64,000 nt of DNA from Rebecca billardiae RCC1528 (lineage: Eukaryota; Protista; Haptophyta), in assembly GCA_965240325.2 (NCBI GenBank), contig OZ251252.1, positions 682,001 through 746,000 on the forward strand. Direction: 5' to 3'. This document shows, piece by piece, positions 62,418-64,000 of the stretch. Each line of letters opens with the position of its first letter. The stretch's first letter is position 1. The position numbers and the translations under genes are program-made. The notes under the pieces were generated by a model, which worked only from the letters and a program-made list of their open reading frames with translations, made no database searches and was not told the origin of the DNA.

Positions 62418-63568
62418 ATGGTGGCTGTCGACGACGACGGCAGGAGGGGCAAGGCTGGCGTGGCCGGCGTGGCCGGCGCGACGCACGCGCGGGGCGCGGC
62501 CCCGCGGGCGACCCCGCCCAACGCACGCCGCCCCCAGAGCGCCATCCTGCTCTCGGCGCGGCTGCACGACGCGCTCAGCGCCGACGGCCTCGACGCGCCG
62601 CGGCTCGCGCGCCGGCGGCGCGGCTCGGCGGACGACCGCGCGTTCGCCGCGGCGCTGGCCAAGTCGTACCCGGGCGGCGAGCTGCCACCGGGGCACCCGC
62701 TGCGCGAGCGCCCGCCCCCGGAGCCGCGCGCGCGCGACACGCGCCTCAAGCCCGGCACGCCCGCGTGGACGTTCGGGCGGGCGGGAGCGCCGCGCGCGGA
62801 GCACCTCTCGACGTCCGGCGGCGGCGGCGGGCGCGGCGGCGGCGGTGGCGGCCGGGGCCGTGGCGACGCGCCGGTGGCGGCACGCTCGCTCAGCGCGCAC
62901 GAGCTCGACGCGGCGCTCGCGCTGCTGCGCGAGCGCGCCGTCACGGGCCTGCGGTTTGGCCAGCCTCTCGAGCCGCGCGCGCGCTTTGCCGAGCTGCTAG
63001 AGTCCGGTGCGCTCCCCACCCGGACTTTTGGGCACCATGAGGTCTCGGTCCGGGTGGGTCCGGGGCCGGCGGCGTTCCGCCCGCCGACGGAGCTGCGGGT
63101 CGGGGAGGAGGTGCTCGTGCCCTCGCGCGCGCGGGAGCGCGTGGACGACCGCAGCGCGTGGCGAGGCGCGTACGGCTCCCTCGGCGGTGCGCGCGCCGCC
63201 GCGCTCGCCCTCGGGCGCCGCCGCGCTCGGCGCGCCGCGCGCCGCGCACGCCCCGGCGGCACGCAGACGCGCGCGCGCGCACGGCGCGCCTCCCCACCGC
63301 GCGCATCACGCGTCCCCACCACCCCCGCCCGCGCACGCCCCCGCTGTGCCCCCCACCGGCAGCGGGCCCTTCGTATGTGCCGCTGGACTTCCCGCACGAC
63401 TGGCTACGCACCCCGGGGGGGCGCGACGGCCCGGCGCACTCGCAGTATGGCTTCTCGCTCGACTCGCGCTCGACGGTCGATCTCGAGCCGCGAGATCGCG
63501 CGCTGCGGCGGGAGGGGTACTATTACGTCGGCAGCGGCGGGAACTATGCCGGGCGTGGCGGGCGGTGA
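62418..63568 (+). CDS. Hypothetical protein, possibly SHIPPO/ODF3-like (PGP motif); probable intron ~63187-63363
   Basis: Coding-like codon usage; PAWTFG, GPGPAAF, then GPSYVPLDF..YGFSL in a second frame. Confidence 0.4.
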
Positions 63569-64000
63569 CGGGGGCGCGCCGCTGCTGTCATCCAATCGAG
63601 TGCCAACTGGGGCCCACGCCCGCCGCTCTCCGCGCGAGCGGAATCCGTTACAGTACGGAATCAAAGCCCCATAGAGGGCGCCGGCGATTTCAGATTCCGG
63701 AGCGGATCGACGGTCAGGCTGCGACGACGGTGACGCACCACCCGGCTTGGTGACGCGGTCCGGCCAGTGCTCGGCTCGTCCGAAAAGCGGCGAGTTTGCA
63801 TCAGCAGCTTTCCTCCCCGCCATCATCGCGGGCTTGTTGCTTGCTGCGGGGCCTCACAGCCGCCGCATCCTCCCGCGCCGATGGGCTCGTGCGCGAGCGC
63901 GCAGCGGCGCGAGCGCGCGCAGGACGCGTCGGTGCACGCGTCCGCGTGGGCCGGCGTCGTCCGCGCGCGCGCCGCCCACCGGCACGACCCGCACAGCGCG

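Overview
Eukaryotic, very GC-rich, gene-dense genomic DNA. Short GT(GCG)...CAG introns, TTAGGG-type repeats and expanded algal gene families suggest a haptophyte such as Pavlovales; this is an inference. Mobile elements: (i) a full-length, very young Ty1/copia LTR retrotransposon (4582-11346; 502-bp LTRs, GAATA TSD) nested in the TIR of a Tc1/mariner-type MITE, (ii) three copies of a hAT-type MITE, (iii) two non-autonomous Helitrons, (iv) a ~335-bp-arm foldback at the window start. Host genes: capsular-polysaccharide-type glycosyltransferase, sulfotransferase, NHL protein, TBCE-like, YdeI/OmpD-associated, CDKL/MAK-type kinase with NPF motifs, WDR24, PP2C-PH, two putative glycosyltransferase-like proteins, Methyltransf_22, EsV-1-7 repeat protein, RAP-domain protein, DenD-like dehydrogenase, an SDR and a GOST-family 7TM protein. 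The most notable observations are three. The copia gag-pol needs UGA-CGG readthrough plus three further interruptions despite near-identical LTRs, and it has no canonical tRNA PBS. The same hAT MITE end sits 0-28 bp upstream of an ATG in all three copies. Telomere-like CCCTAA arrays lie on the sense strand at the branch-point position of three introns. All product calls come from motif recognition only; no database searches were run.
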